From Octopus sinensis (lineage: Eukaryota): 64,000 nucleotides of DNA. The position numbers were made by a program, and so were the translations under genes. The notes under the pieces are model-generated. The model saw nothing but the letters and a program-made list of their open reading frames with translations. It was not told where the DNA came from and made no database searches. This document shows positions 14,058 through 27,937 of this stretch, in pieces (position 1 is the stretch's first letter; every line of letters begins with the position of its first letter). The stretch is taken from NCBI RefSeq assembly GCF_006345805.1, contig NC_043003.1, positions 66,278,001-66,342,000 on the forward strand. The letters run 5' to 3'.

Positions 14058-14939
14058 TAAAGAGAGGGATTGCTCAGTGCCTATAACATCGTGCAAAGAA
14101 TATTAGTAGCGATCGTGATACAAACCACGAAGAAATGATCAAGCTCAATAAGCAACAAGTACCCCAAAAGTATACTATTCACTCCAATTATGAAGAAGAG
14201 AGAGTATAAGGTCAATAAACTGTCCACAGTCTCTCCGAAAAGATACCAAAGATATACGGCCCATATGACAACAGGACTGTATTCAAGAGTAATACAACAC
14301 TTCGCAAATATCTCCTTCTATTAAAGCCACCAATAGAAGAAAATATGACCAAAGACTACATGTACTTCATCCCATGCAGATGTGGTAAGTTATACAAAGG
14401 CTAAACATGTTATCCCCTCAAAATAAGGGTAGACGAACATCGCAAAGCCGTGATACGAGGAGATATTTATAAATCGGGTATATCTGATCATGTATGGAAA
14501 AATGGAGACCACCTCCCCCTGTGGGATGAATATAGAATAATAGAGAACTTCACTGGAAAATACGAAAACTAAAAGCAGCACATATGCTAGGACACAACCT
14601 CGTAAACAGACTAAGTGCAGATATGAGCAGCATATAGGAACCGGTATTAAGGAAGGATAGAAGAATATTAGATTTATAATCCCTAAAATTCACTCCCACG
14701 GGCATATGGCATAGTGGTTAAGAGCGTGAGCTACTAACCCCAAGTTTCCGAGTTCGATTCCAAGCAGAAAAATAATAACAATAATAATAATAATAATAAC
14801 AACATCGAAAGATACTTTAGGAATGAGAACCCAGATGTTCCAGATTACTGAAATTTCCCCAAGACACCAGAGGAAGGTATATCAGTGTTAACTAACAAAC
14901 AAGATGAGGACAAATATCCGTCGAATGTAAGTAATGTAC

Positions 14940-14945
<6 letters not shown>
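14058..14945 (+). mobile_element. Penelope/Poseidon-like PLE 3' fragment: degenerate thumb plus GIY-YIG (to ~14679), then tRNA-like segment, (AAT)n and pseudo-LTR with partly deleted HHR
   Basis: Translation TVFKSNTTLRKYL..MYFIPCRCGKLYKG*TCYPLKIRVDEHRKAV..KSGISDHVW; 14800-14945 matches 35878-36048 and the reverse complement of 33861-34020. Confidence 0.8.
14700..14768 (+). promoter_or_regulatory. tRNA-like Pol III internal promoter (A and B boxes)
   Basis: TGGCATAGTGG (14707-14717) and GAGTTCGATTC (14750-14760) at tRNA spacing. Confidence 0.65.
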
Positions 14946-14987
<42 letters not shown>

Positions 14988-15011
14988 ATATATATATAAT
15001 ATATATATATA

Positions 15012-15165
15012 GTTCACATAAAACAAAAGACGAAGACAGGTGGTGTATTATTTTAACGCTCGGGAAGTGAAAAACTCTTCAACATTTCGAGCCTACGCTC
15101 TTCCACAGGAAGAAACAAGGAGAGAAAATAAAGAATATGTAGTGGATAGTGATCTATCATGGCGA
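15012..15165 (-). mobile_element. Solo pseudo-LTR with U6 HHR motif (15082-15108)
   Basis: Reverse complement reads CTGTGGAAGAGCGTAGGCTCGAAATGTT; same flanks as family. Confidence 0.75.
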
Positions 15166-15384
15166 ATATTACAGATATAATTTTGGGACTAATGAGTATA
15201 TGTCAATTTGTGTGTTGTGTACGTTCATATCTGGTGTCATCCACTGTTGGGATATATTTCCGTTGGATCTAATTCAGGGATTCCGCATTGTTAGTTGAAA
15301 TAATAATTGAAAAAAACAGAAATCAGATTTGGCACTAGATTTTATAAAGACTAAGGCCAAATATATTTTCCGCTTCCTTCATCA

Positions 15385-15458
<74 letters not shown>

Positions 15459-15476
15459 ATTATTATTATTATTATA

Positions 15477-15509
<33 letters not shown>

Positions 15510-16284
15510 GTGTGTGTGTTCGTATGTGTGTGGGTGTGTTTTTGTTCCTCACAACCGCTTGACGGCCGGCTATATTTTGTTCACGTCCTCATAATTGAAC
15601 GGTTCGGTAAAAGCGGTTGATAGAATAAGTACCAAATGGTGCCCGAGCATGGCTGTAGTCTAACTACCGAAACAAGATGAATGATAAGATAGAAATATTT
15701 TGCGTATTAATTATAACATTTTGAAAGAAACGAACGAATTTATCTGACAGCCCAACCTGTCTGAAGATTTCGTACACTCACCGCATTTGCTACATGACAC
15801 CCATTTAAAAGCGAATATTATTATTAATGTAGAACTCTACCCAGATTCATCAATAAAACAGCATTATCTATAACAAACAGTAAATAAATAACAAGAGATC
15901 TCATCTCAGAAACCTGGGTCAATAAAAAAGAAGTAACTTTCTGATTTTATTTCCCAACTCACTTAAGATTCGTTTTTTATTTTGCATTAATATCTTAATA
16001 AGTTGAAATTTAATATCTTGTTTATTGCTAGTATGTCTTTCTTTTTTGTGTGCATATGTTTATTTTACACTGTTTTATTTTTGTCTTTTTTCTTGTGAAA
16101 TATATATATATTTGGTAAGAAGGGAAAATGAAATGAGACCGAGAGATGAAATTGCAATGTAAGTCGTAGAATCAGTGAAGCATTGTAGTTTCCGCAGAAT
16201 GGACAGCTACTGCAGCCGGTCCTAATGGAAAATAATGTTTTCTGAGAAATAAAATAATAGACACATAAGCGTTTATGCACACAG

Positions 16285-16326
<42 letters not shown>

Positions 16327-16841
16327 ACATACTTACACACATGCATATATATACATATACACACATATGTATACATGTATATGTATGTGTACATACACAT
16401 TTACTAAAGGAAGTCACTCACTAGGCGACTGTCTCAGAAATAAAATCTATGACTAATGAGAATCGATCTCCGAGCTGGCAAAAATCGGCGCAGCTGCAGA
16501 CGTACATCACTCAACGGAACTGAAAACAATTAGCCAACATCTATCTTTTATCAATTTTCTCTCTCCTTTATAAAATCATGGCTATTTTTCTTATCTTTAA
16601 ATCAAGCCCTGGTATAACATTATCTTCATGCTTTTGTCTGTCTATTATTTTTACATTTATTTCAATCTTCCCTCTATTCAACTTCTTTTTCTTCTGAATG
16701 GTTTTAGTCACTAAATCATGGACTTGATAACGATAATGTCTTTATCAAATTCTTGGAGCTGGATAGTAAAGATTATAGTTCTTCCTTTTATGCAAATTAA
16801 TTCTTTAAAATCTTCCAGATTGATTTAATTATTACTCTTAC

Positions 16842-16887
16842 CATTTGTGCTTGCCAATATTTCTCCCCCGTTTGGTTCCAATTGTGT
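16842..16887 (-). CDS. Candidate exon 2 (46 nt; TQLEPNGGEILASTN+G)
   Basis: Strong polypyrimidine acceptor ttttcttttttactgttttAG and donor GTAAGA; phase 0 in, phase 1 out. Confidence 0.65.
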
Positions 16888-17383
16888 CTAAAACAGTAAA
16901 AAAGAAAAATGTTAAAAGAAGAATGTGGATTGATAACGAAGCTGACTTATAAATTAAACTAATGGATTTAGATTAAATATTGTTGACATTATTTTTTATA
17001 CATATAAATAATCAAAATAATCCAACGAAACAGACAAATAAACAAATAAATTAATTTAACAAAATGAAAGCTGTGCAAAATTTGATACGTTAACAGTAAG
17101 TTGAATTACATTTTCACGAAATCTCCCTTGACCATTTAAATATATCTTTAATTATGGTCGTCCTCCTCGGTGCTATTACCATCATCACTGTTGTCACTCC
17201 TATCAACAACGTTTCAATTGAATAAATAAATATAAATAAAATTAAGGGAGATAATGCAACGAGAGCAATTTCAATTTCCTATAAATTCTCTGAGAGATAA
17301 AGCAGTGAAACCTGTGTGAAATATTTTGACGGTCAAATTATTGCTGTCACAGGTTCAGAAAGCTGAATAATAATATAATAATA

Positions 17384-17471
<88 letters not shown>

Positions 17472-17473
17472 GG

Positions 17474-17517
<44 letters not shown>

Positions 17518-17524
17518 GTGGTCG

Positions 17525-17836
17525 TGGTCGTGGGAAGATATGCGATAAGGAAGAAAGAAAAGTTGATAGGTATGACAAGTTAGCTTGGGAGGTAAAGCAG
17601 TTGTGGTCGATGAACCAGGTGGTAGTGATGCCAATAACTGTCGTAGCTATGGGAACAGTGCGTAAAAGTCTCGAGAAGTACATGGAACATATAGGGGCTG
17701 CAATAAGGGTGGAGCACTTGCAGAAAACAGTGCTGCTTGCAACCGCTCGAATACTCCAGAAGGTGCTCGAAAAGTAAGAGGTGTTACCTTAGTTCACTGG
17801 TAGTGAACAGTTGACACCATAGTACATCTCCATCGC
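17525..17836 (+). mobile_element. 3' end of another R4/Dong-type LINE
   Basis: KEERKVDRYDKLAWEVKQLW..VVVMPITVVAMGTV..LQKTVLLATARILQKVL*; follows (TAA)n(GAT)n. Confidence 0.8.
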
Positions 17837-18191
17837 ATATATATATATATTATATATATATATATATCTATATATATATATATATATGCGAATGGGTTTC
17901 TTTCAATTTTCCCGTAAGCCCGAAGCTACAATGGAAGACACTTGCCCAAGGTATCACGTAGTGACAGTCAACTCAGAACTTACTGGTTTGGAAGCAATCT
18001 TCATATCACCAAAAATGGCAGGTACAAATTATGTTATGCAGTAGAATTTTATACAGGGCCTGAGCGATCACCAGCTAACCAGGTTACACCGAAAACCATG
18101 TAGCGCAGGGATCGGACACAAAAGAAAAAAAAACCAACAGGGCTTTTCACTTGGTACATTAGGATCTAAACACATTTTATGTTCTTCTTAC

Positions 18192-18288
18192 ACTGTGTTT
18201 CCTAAAGTTCTGTATCTCTTGTTCTTGCTTTCCAGATCTACCAAATACATTTGTTGTATAAGGAAGAAAAATATTTTTCGAACTATGA
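18192..18288 (-). CDS. Candidate internal exon 1 of unidentified host gene (97 nt; HSSKNIFLPYTTNVFGRSGKQEQEIQNFRKHS)
   Basis: Minus-strand acceptor tttttattatctttattAG and donor GTAAGA; open frame; ends phase 0, matching the next exon. Confidence 0.6.
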
Positions 18289-20077
18289 CTAATAAAGATA
18301 ATAAAAATTGATGTTGTTGTTGTTAATAGCAACAATAAAAACATAATATAAAAACTAAAGAATAAAATCAAGAAAATTAAAGAAACCATGAATTATAAAC
18401 GAATGGAATGAAATTACATTTTTAAGTTTGTTATAAGTAAATCTCGAGAGAGCACATCAAATAGCATTTCATAAACGCAATATTTTGCGGCTTTTTTCCC
18501 CCTTGAATATTAAGCACAACGGAGAATGTTCATTTATTAAAAGAAAAAAATCCTCAACAAAACAATTATTAGTTTTTGATGACTCAAGTGTGTATAGAAT
18601 ATCAATAACAAAAACGTTTTCAACGTATGTTAAATTTATTGCTAAACAATGGAGAAGGAAGAGACGAGGAAAATAAGTCAATTCAAAACACCTGTGTTAT
18701 ATATTTCCAAATAGCAAAAAAATCTCTTTAAATGCAGCCCTTATAGTATTAGAAGTAGAGACACGATAGTGTATTACTCGTTTACTTTTTTCAGTCATTT
18801 GACTGCGGCCATGCTGGAGCAACGCCTTTAGTTGAACAAATCGACCCCAGGAATTTGTAAGCCTAGCACTTATCCTATCGGACTCTTTTGCCGAACCGCT
18901 ATGTAATGAGGACGTATACACAGCTACAAAAAATTATTTTTTAAATCTGTCGGTCAAAAGGTAAAGACCCATCGCGCCTTCACTAAAATGCAATATATTC
19001 TGTGAAAAGTAAAAGACTCCAAGTATAAGAGTTTAATTTTAAGAAATACTCTGTTTAATTATTTTTGTCACATGGCCAGCAAATTCCAGGTTTGGTGAAA
19101 ATGATTATATCAATTACTCCACCGCCATCACCAATAAAAATCAAAGTTGATCTCAAAAGTAGAAAGCCGGAGAAAATCCGCTAAGAATTTTGTACTGTGT
19201 GCTTTAACGATTCTACTATGCTCGCCGCTGTTATTTAGTTATAATAATATATGATATTAACTCCACGAGCATTTCAGAAATGGATGTACTGGTGCTATGT
19301 ATGAAAACTCTAGGAAGTCGTCGTTAGAAATAGTTCACATTGTCTCTGAAATGTTTTATTAAGCAAAGAGACGGATGTGTATTTATCTAAGTCTGCTGAT
19401 TGTCAATTTAATTTGGAAATGCATTCACAAACATTTTTGTGTCATATTTCTAAAATTCCTGGTAATAGCTCTCAGACAGGCCATGAAAATAATCATTATG
19501 TTTTGAAAATATAATTATTATGAAAATAATTTTATGTGTGTGCAAACAACATTAAGACAGGAGACAACGGTTGGAATGCGGGAGGGAGTTGTTTAGGGAA
19601 GATATTTGGGCGGTCTAATATTCGGAGGATTCCGTATTTATATAGGTTAAGCAGTGAAGGATTATATTAATTTGCCAACATTGAATGATGATGAGTGAGG
19701 TGTCGGGCGCAAGAAGCCTGGAAGTCTTTAATTGTATTGGCGAGACCGAGTGTGTTGATTCTTGACTGGAGGACCTTGTAACAATGCTGAGTAGAAAGAA
19801 TAGAGAGGAGAAAAATAATTGTCTTAAAGTGTTGGAAATATGTTACCAAAGATATTTCGACTAATGAGTACGACACGAGGGGCTGGCGTGATACTGGTTT
19901 GACTCAAGGCAATTGTTTATGAACTCAACTATTAAATTTCAACAAACTCTCATATTTACAACCCCACCATACACATAAAGACACACACATGCGTATGTAT
20001 GTATACATATACATCCATATATCTATACATGTAAAAACGTAAGCACACATGCGTATATACATATATATATATATGTA

Positions 20078-20124
<47 letters not shown>

Positions 20125-20190
20125 AGTGTCTTGCATATGAACATAACAAAATATGTATCTGTGTGTGTGTATGTCTATATATATATAGAT

Positions 20191-20228
<38 letters not shown>

Positions 20229-21346
20229 GATATATATATACATATATAAATATACTATATATGCATATATTTACAATGTAATGCATATGTCGCTAGTTGT
20301 GTGTGTGTGTGTGTTTATAATATACAGTATATGTGCGTATGTAAGGCGCGAGCTTACAGAATCGTTAGTATGCCTGGTGAAATGCTTAGCAGTATTTCTT
20401 CTGTCTTTACGTTATGAGTTCGAATTCGGCCGAGGTCGACTTTGCCTTTCATCCTTTCGGGGTCGATAAATTAAATATCAGTTGCGTACTGGGGTCGATC
20501 TAATCAGCTGGCCCCATCCCCCCAAATTTCGGGCCTTGAGTAGGAAAGAATATATTTTCGTATACATATACACATACATACGTACGTACAGATATACATA
20601 CATTTATACATACATGAATATGCATAAATGTGTTTGTGTGTACGTGTGTCTAACATCTTATTGCTAGTGTTTTCTATATTCAACGAAGTACCTCTTGACA
20701 ATTCTGTTACGAACCGATTTTCGCACAAGAATTAAGGGACTTGAAGTAGGAGTCCTCATTATATTCGGGCTCTAATTTTCAGTTTTTCCTTTCAGATGAC
20801 ATGACTGCCCTATTTGTTTTGACCTCTGGTTGACCAATACTTCAAAACTAGATTTTGGGACACAAAAACTGTGTAGACACCCATTACATAAAATGCAAGT
20901 GCGTGTGTTGATTTCTGCTTTTTTGTTTAGTTATACATTTTCAGGTGTAAAATTGGTATATTATGAGTTATAATTTTGGATTCGATAAAATACGTATGGA
21001 TAAGAACCAGATAGAAATAAATAAATGGGGTCGATGTAATCGACTAAAACTCTGAATATCAGTAACCCGGCGTTAAGATGTGATCTAGGATGGAAAGCGT
21101 TCCAGAAGTGGCCATGCTGTCTTTCTCCATGACGTTATGCGTTACCCTCTTTTGCAATTTTTTTACTGTCTGTTACTAGTTTCAGTTTTTTGACTGCGGC
21201 GATGCTGGAGCACTGACTTTGGTCGAACAAATCAACCCCAGGACTCATTCTTCGTAAACCTAGTACTTACTCAATCGACTCTTTTGCTGAATCGCTAATT
21301 TGCGGGGACCAACATAGACACATAAACATATACATCTATATATATA

Positions 21347-21386
<40 letters not shown>

Positions 21387-22969
21387 GACGGGCTTTTTTC
21401 AGTTTCCGTCTACCAAATCCACTCACAAGATCTTGATCAGCCCAGGCTATAGTAGAAGAATTTTCCCAAGGTGCAGTGGGACTGAACCCGGAGGTATGTG
21501 GTTGGTAAGCAAGCTACTTACCATACAGCCATGCCTGCGCCTATTAGATTAATTAGAAAATCTATTTCCGCATCAGTCATTAGAATGAACTTTCTACTCC
21601 ACAGAATCAAAGATTATTTGAACATTTTTTTGTTTTTGCTTGTGTGTCTTACGAATCAAGTTAACGAATTGAGAAACAGTCTGCGTCTTATGTGCGCATG
21701 TGTGAGTGACTTCTATGAAAAATCTTTCTAACTGCATTTCGTTGAAAAGGCAGTTTTTTCATGTTCCCTCGATATGGTGAATATAGCAGCCAAATTTTTG
21801 TGAATTTATGTCAGACTATGCTAAAACATGCGGAGATAGATTGTGTTATTAGATTTAGACACGTAATGCCAATGAAAGGCACGGAATGGTCAGAAAGGGA
21901 ATGTCTTTCATCATTTATCTCAACAATTGCTGAACCGGATCTTAGCAATAACAACAACTGCAGAAGGAAACAAAATTATGTGTTGGAACAATGGTCTGTG
22001 TTTGTTTGTTGTTTTTTTTCTTACTTTCAGTTCTAAAACACACGAACGGAATTTTTCGCATGTTACGCATGTTTTTACTGTTTGGTTAACTAAACCTGGT
22101 AAAATGCTTTGCCTTTGTATCGTTACGGACTTTTATTCTACTCTGCCATCGTTCTTTTGTGTGAATCACATACATTTTAAAAAATTATACTAATATACTT
22201 AAATTTCGGTGGATCATATCATGTTCCCCAACCTCATAGTTCTTAGTTTCTACGGTATAATCTTTTATTCTTTCATTCTGTTGCCTGGCTTTTGTTATTA
22301 TGTCCATCTGCCAAACTGGTCTTTTGTTTTCCTCTTTTTCCTAACCCTAAATTCCGAATACAACGCCCAAAATGGCTACAGCAAAAGCAGAACCCCCACA
22401 AACACACCATAAAGAGATACACACAAATGCACACACACACACACCACACACACACACACACATACACACACATACACACACACAGACGCAACAAAATAGT
22501 AAAAAAAAAGATGGCAGTAAACAATAAGGTGGTTCAACTTTCGATGCAGATTTATTTGAAACCCGAACGTTTCGTTGGATTATTGAAAGCAAGACCTTAA
22601 GAATAGAATGGGTCGGGATAAACTCCCTGAATAAACTTTGTAGAGGGAAGTAATGCCACGGCCAAGCACGTCGATGCAGTCAACCTATTGTCAACTACAA
22701 GTAATGCTATCTCTGAATCCACTGCCATCAGTCAACGTTTTTAATCCTGCTTAAACATGCTGGAGTCACGTATCACTCCTGCATCTTACAACAATTCATT
22801 AGCCTCGGTATCCTCCCACAGTCAAATATTCGATTCCTTCTTAAGACTAATATTTTACTATAAATTTTCTGCCCCGTAATCTGGCTGCATTCCCAGCTAA
22901 GTAATTGGTCGAGAACTTAAAGGATTTTTTAAAATGAAATACTTTTTAGTTTTTTAGACATCTATAATA

Positions 22970-23728
22970 TTCTTTTCTACTCTAGGCACAAGGCCTGAAC
23001 TTTGGGGGGAGATGGCCAGTCGATTAGATCTACTCCAGTACGCAACTGGTACTTAATTTATCGACCCCGAAAGGATAAAAGGCAAAGTCGACCTCGGTAG
23101 AATTTGAACTCAGAACATAAAAAGCAGACGAAATAACGCCAAGAATTTCGTCCGGCGGGCTAACGTTTCTGTCAGTTCGCCGCCTTACGCATCTATAATA
23201 TTTATTTCTTTATTGCCCAGAGGGGGCTAAACATAGAGGGAACAAACAAGGACAGACAAAGGGATTAAGTCGATTACACATCCCCAATGCGTAACTCGTA
23301 CTTATTTAATCGACCTCGAAAGGATGGAAGTCAAAGTCGACCTCGGCAGAATTTGAACTCAGAACGTAAAGACAGACGAAATACCTATTTCTTTACTGCC
23401 CACAAGGGGCTACACACAGAGGGGACAAACAAGGATAGACACACGGATTAAGTCCATTATATCAACCCCAGTGCGTAACTGGTACTTATTTAATCGACCC
23501 CGAAACGATGAAAGGCAAAGTCGACCTCGGCGGAATTTGAACTCAGAACGTAGCGGCGGACGAAATAACGCTAAGCATTTCGCCCGGCGTGCTAACGTTT
23601 CTGCCAGCTCGTCGCCTTAGTAATATTGTTTTCTGCTCTAGACACAAGGCCGGAAATTTTGGGGGAGGGGCCCAGTCGATTAGATCGACCCCAGAACGCA
23701 ACTGGTACTTAATCTACTGACAGCCTTA
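22970..23728 (-). mobile_element. Cluster of the same SINE (monomer, dimer, fragment)
   Basis: B boxes at ~23103, 23352, 23536. Confidence 0.85.
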
Positions 23729-24154
23729 CGCATCTATAACGTTATGATAGAAAATAGCAACTGTTCCTATATTTTTGCTTGTATAGATTATTATAAACAT
23801 TTGCACGGTGAGGACTGGTGTTACTAATTAAAACAATTTATATTTATTCTGTTAACTCTATTATCATCAGCAATACTAAAGTCTATATCTCGGTTTCCTA
23901 TGTTAAGAGAAGTGGATAATCTATCCATAAGAGCCTTCAAGTATTAATGTCAATAATATCTTTCAATTTTTATCTGTTTCATTCATAAGACTGTAGTCAT
24001 GCTGGGGCACCGCCTTGAAGAATTTTAGACAATTGAATCGAACGTAGTATTTTTAAAAGCCTGGTGCTTATTGTATCGATATCTCCTGCCGAATCACGTC
24101 AACACCAGATATCAAGCGGTTTTGGAGACAAACGAAGACACATATGCATATATT

Positions 24155-24224
<70 letters not shown>

Positions 24225-24265
24225 GTGTGTGTGTGTATGCATGTATGTATGTATGTATATATATT

Positions 24266-24312
<47 letters not shown>

Positions 24313-24657
24313 ATATATATATATATATGCACGAAGGGTTTCTTTCAGTTTCCGTTTAACAAATCCACTCACAAAAGCTTTTGGTCGGACTGAGGCTATT
24401 GTAGAAGACACTTGTTTCGAGTGATCCCCGCCCCACACCAACCAGTGGGATTGAATCGGGAACTACATGGTTAGGAAGTGAGCTTTTTACCCCCACAGCT
24501 AAGCCTGTGTATATATTTGCAGAATTTGAATCCTAAATTATACCAGAAACAAAAAACTTTCAGTTAGATGTTGATTATATGCATAAATGCATTTGTACAC
24601 ATAAATAAATATATGCGTTTTGTGTGTTTCACTGTGTGTATTAATGGCTCATAATTA

Positions 24658-25440
24658 AGGCAGCGAGCTGGCAGAATCGTTAATATGCCGGACGAATTTC
24701 GTCTGCCACTACGTTCGAGTTCAAATTCTGCCGAGGTCGACTTTGCCTTTCATCCTTTCGGGGTCGATTAAATAAGTACCAGTTACGCACCGGGGTCGAT
24801 ATAATCAACTTAATCCGTTTGTCTGTCCTTGTTTGTCCTCTCTGTGTTTATCCCCTTGTAGGTAGTAAAGAAATAGGTATTTCGTCTGCCGTTACGTTCT
24901 GAGTTCAAATTCCGCTAAGGTCGACTTTTCCTTTTATCTTTTTGGGGTCGAGAACTTAAATACCAGATACGCACTGGGGTCGATGTAATCGACTTAATTC
25001 CTTTGTTTGTCCTTGTTTGTTCCCTCTATGCTTACCCCCTTGTGGGCAATAAAGAAATAAGAATCTTTAGCACGCCGGACGAAATGTTTAGCGACATTTC
25101 GTCTGCCGCTACGTTCTGAGTTCAAATTCCGCCGAGGTCGACTTTGCTTTCAACGTTTCGGAGTCGATTACATAAGTACCAGTTACGCACTGATGGTCGA
25201 TATAATCGACTTAATCCGTTTGTCTGTCCTTGTTTGTCCTGTCTGTGTTTAGCCCCTTGTGGGTAGTAAAGAAATAGGTATTTCGTCTACCGCTACGTTC
25301 TGAGTTCAAATTCCGCCGAGGTCGACTTTACCTTTTATCCTTTCGGGGTCGATAAATTCAGTACCAGTTGAGTACTGGGGTCGATGTACTCGACTATCCC
25401 CTCGCCCAAATCTCAATCCTTGTGCCTATAATAGAAATGA
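24658..25440 (+). mobile_element. Tetrameric head-to-tail SINE array
   Basis: B boxes at 24717, 24901, 25118, 25302. Confidence 0.9.
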
Positions 25441-25738
25441 TTAATGTCTCATAATTCTGTACAGTGTTAAAGCGTTGCACTAACACGAATGCACATACTC
25501 ACTCACGCATAAATCATCTTATATTCTATATTTAAATAAAAATTCTTTGTCCGGTTTCAGTCGTTGGATACAAGACATGCTGGACCAGATCATCTTAAAA
25601 AATGATAATATGCATGTTTATAAAGACCATCGAGAAATGCTTCCTGATGATACTGTCAACCATTAAGGGATTGTCAAAATATTGCTTAGAAAATTATACA
25701 AACACACGTATGAGCGTGTGTGTATGTATGTATGTATT

Positions 25739-25772
<34 letters not shown>

Positions 25773-25829
25773 TGTATGTATATATATACACACACATGTA
25801 TAGACATGTGTATAGATGCAATTATACTC

Positions 25830-26023
25830 CAGCAGCTCTCAACTCAAGCGACCTTCTGGTGGGCCTCAAGCATCATTCTGGTGGCCTGCAATGTTCTGTC
25901 CTCTATAAATATCAATTTTCCTTAATTGACGTACGTTTTTTCTATTTAATTTTGTTCCCCCCACCTATAAAACAATCTATGTTTCCGATCTGGACCTGGT
26001 ATTACAAAGGTTGAGGACCACTG
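25830..26023. mobile_element. hAT-like MITE
   Basis: CAGCAGCTCTCAAC...GTTGAGGACCACTG imperfect TIRs; no clear TSD. Confidence 0.5.
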
Positions 26024-26939
26024 ATATTCACACGCACAAAGACAAACACAACCATACAGTTATACACACACGTGTGTGTTGGTGTGTGTGTGTGTGCGCA
26101 CGTGTGTGTGTGATTAAGAAGCTCGCTTTGCGAAGGTTGTTTCAGGTTCAATCCGACTGCATTCCTCCTTGCGCGAGTGTCTTCTATTGTACATTCGGGC
26201 TAACTAATGCCTTGTGGGTGGATTTGGTGCACGAAACTGTGTGGAAGCCCTTCGTATATGTGTGTGTTGTGTTTGTCTTCCCACCATTGTTTCACAAACG
26301 GTCTTATTTTGTTTGCGTCCCTGTAACTAAGATGATAGAAAAAGCACCAGGCTTAAAATATAAGTACTGTGGTCCGATTTCTTCAGTTAAGACTGTTAAA
26401 GCACAGCCCAAGCATGGCCGCAGACTAATGACTAAAACAAATAATAAATGATAACAAGTAACGTATCATCGAGTTTGCGTTGTGCCAAATTGCTTAATAT
26501 TAGTAATACCCTCCATTGCTGAATATGTTAATAAACTAAAAACAGTTCTATAAAACACGGCACGTTTGCAAAACCAGACTTATATTTAATTTGTAAATAT
26601 TTTAAAATTATGTTCCAAAATATAGCGTGGAGATTTTCAATCTGTAAAATTTAAAACTATTTATTATAAAATTAGTTTGATGTTGTGTTTTCTTTGTCTC
26701 TGACCTTTATAAATATCAGGATTTTTCTCCCTGATAATTGTGGCATATTCTCAATGATCTACAAACTTTGGAAGATATGTGTTTTATGTTGGCCATTCTT
26801 TAATCGAAAACCATGTGATGCTTTTCATGTAGTCTCTATTTTCAGTCGAACATATGTTCTATTTTCTTCATTCTAAGGATAGATATGACAGAAGCATGTA
26901 TATACTTGTGTGTGTGTACGTATGTATGTATAGATACAA

Positions 26940-26974
<35 letters not shown>

Positions 26975-27689
26975 TGCATATATATATATATATAATATAT
27001 ATATATATATAAATATGTATATATATATATATATATACATACTATGTACATACATACTTACATACATACATATAATGGAGTTAAACGGTGTTATTCAAAT
27101 GTTTACACTTTCGACATGTTTCGAAGAAAACATTTGTATTATTCCAGAAAGAATAAAATGATGTTAAACAATGCAATCTTCTCATCAGGGGAAAAAAGAG
27201 AAACAAAACACATCAATAAAACATTTTAACCAAATATAATTACTGCATATATGATGAAGGGAACGCTGGTACGTTATTTTTTTTAAACCGTTGATAGATA
27301 TAACGTCAAAGGCAATTTATAGAAAGAGAAGGAGGAGGAAGAAAGAAATTAGCAGAAAACTAAAAGCGATAGGTTATTACAAATAAAGATTGAAGGCGTG
27401 GAAATAGATATATTTATTGGAATGAAAAAACACACATGCATTTAATATATATATATATATATATATCGATGTGGTTATTGACTATTTTAAATAGAATGTC
27501 AAGAAAAAATGTATTTGTTCCATTGTGAATTGTATGTTGCTATGATATTCTTGAGCATTATTTCGAAATCGAGGAGTTTGTCCATGCTATCGTTCCAAAG
27601 TATAAAGCAATCATTTAAGTATCTTTTCCAGTTCTCCTTTAAATAGCAATGAATTGTGGTACCATATTTTTGTTGTTATAATTGGTATA

Positions 27690-27937
27690 TTTTGATGGGA
27701 TTAAAAGAGTAAATGAATTAAACATAGAAACTGTAAGGGAAGTTAACCGAAATACTACATCAAATTTAAAAGTACCCCCATACATCTTCATATATAACCC
27801 GAGAACTAATGAAGCATTTTCCATCATCATCAAAAATCTACCCGCTCTCACTGGAGATAGGACAATGAACCAAATTTCGGGCTCACACAAAATTATCAAA
27901 AGCAAAATGCAACCGAAATCTTATAAAAAATATTAAC
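27690..27937 (+). mobile_element. Neptune-like PLE RT-thumb fragment
   Basis: GIKRVNEL..LKVPPYIFIYNPRTNEAFSII.KNLP.L..D..M..I...KIIKSKMQPKS resembles the PLE thumb region. Confidence 0.65.

Noticed and set aside
22560-22620. CGAAACGTT on the minus strand
   Set aside because: No matching CUGANGA core or stem II found
24658-25440. CRISPR-like or tRNA-gene array reading of the SINE multimers
   Set aside because: No unique spacers, no complete cloverleafs, eukaryotic context
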